Origin: Camelus dromedarius
Taxonomy: Eukaryota
NCBI RefSeq assembly: GCF_036321535.1
Contig: NC_087436.1
Location: 10,416,001-10,480,000, forward strand
DNA length: 64,000 nt
Direction: 5' to 3'
The position numbers were made by a program, and so were the translations under genes. A model generated the notes under the pieces. The model was given only the letters and a program-made list of their open reading frames with translations. It was not told the origin of the DNA and ran no database searches. Positions 63,022-64,000 of the stretch are shown here, piece by piece (the first letter of the stretch is position 1; the number at the start of each line of letters is the position of its first letter).

Positions 63022-64000
63022 CCACAGAATAGAGAGCCCAGAAATGAACCCACAAACTTTGGTCAACTAATCTTCGACAAAGGAGGCAAGAACATACAAT
63101 GGAATAAAGACAGTCTCTTCAGCAAATGGTGTTGGGAAAACTGGACAGCAGCATGTAAATCAATGAAGCTAGAACACTCCCTTACATCATACACAAAAAT
63201 AAACTCAAAATGGATCAAAGACTTCAACAAAAGACAAGATACAATAAATCTCCTAGAAGAAAATATAGGCAAAACATTATCTCACATACATCTGAAAAAT
63301 GTTCTCCTAGGGCAGTCTACCCAAGTAATAGAAATAAAAGCAAGAATAAACAAATGGGACCTAATGAAACTTACAAGCTTCTGCACAGCAAAGAAAACCA
63401 TAAGCAAAACAAAATGACAATCTATGGAATGGGAGAAAATTTTCGCAAACGATGAAACGAACAAAGGCTTGATCTCCAGAATATATAAGCAGCTCATATG
63501 ACATAATAAGAAAAAAACAAACAACCCAAACCAAAAATGGGGCAGAAGACCTAAACAAGCAATTCTCCAAGAAAGACATACAAATGATCAACAGGCACGT
63601 GAAAAAAATGCTCAATATCACTAATTATCAGAGAAATGCAAATCAAAACTACAATGAGGTGTCACCTCACACCAGTCAGAATGGCCATCATTCAAAAGTC
63701 CACAAATGACAAATGCTGGAGAGGATGTGGAGAAAGGGGAACCCTCCTACACTGCTGGTGGGAATGCAATTTGGTGCAGCCAATGTGGAAAACAGTATGG
63801 AGATTCCTCAAAAGACTAAGAATAGACTTACCATATGACCCAGGAATCCCACTCCTGGGCATATATCCAGAAGGAACCCTACTTCAAAAAAAACCCTGCA
63901 CCCCAATGTTCATAGCAACACTATTTACAATAGCCAAGATATGGAAACAGCCTAAATGTCCATCAACAGATGACTGGATAAATAAGAAGTGGTATATTTA
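63022..64000 (+). mobile_element. Relatively young L1, 5'-truncated ORF2 C-terminal region, running off the window
   Basis: Peptide MKLEHSLTSYTKINSKWIKD..INKWDLMKLTSFCTAKKT with stops and frameshifts. A TT/AAAAA endonuclease-type site at about 63002-63009 precedes it. Confidence 0.95.

Larger units (their letters stand above)
47399..64000 (-). other. MARCHF1: MARCHF1 5'-UTR intron upstream of the first coding exon (continues beyond the window end)
   Basis: Ends in the acceptor AG at 47400-47399. No CpG-island promoter is visible in 47399-64000. Confidence 0.75.

Noticed and set aside
1..64000. CRISPR array, operon or other prokaryotic-type system
   Set aside because: The sequence is mammalian intronic DNA, with no regularly spaced repeats or gene-dense structure.

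Overview
AT-rich mammalian intronic DNA, most likely from a camelid (alpaca/llama/camel). The evidence is six copies of a tRNA-derived Vic-1-type SINE and camelid-style L1 3' ends. The only supportable protein-coding sequence is a 149-nt minus-strand exon (47250-47398) carrying the start codon and first 37 codons of MARCHF1 (MARCH1, RING-CH E3 ubiquitin ligase): [37 protein letters not shown]. The rest of the window is the two flanking MARCHF1 introns, densely filled with L1, L2, MIR, SINE, LTR and DNA-transposon remnants. The other listed ORFs are L1 ORF2 debris or chance ORFs. I see no evidence for a wholly new multi-gene system. The best leads are: (1) a MER41-like solo LTR that keeps a perfect GAS/STAT site about 5 kb upstream of the exon; (2) a strongly GC3/CpG-shifted and diverged 3' part of the exon; (3) an orphan poly(A) retro-insertion with a perfect TSD that later received a twin-primed L1; (4) an old ~300-bp non-TE duplication just downstream of the exon; (5) two CTCF motifs and TE-free candidate enhancers. 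Repeat subfamily names come from recalled consensus motifs and their boundaries are approximate.
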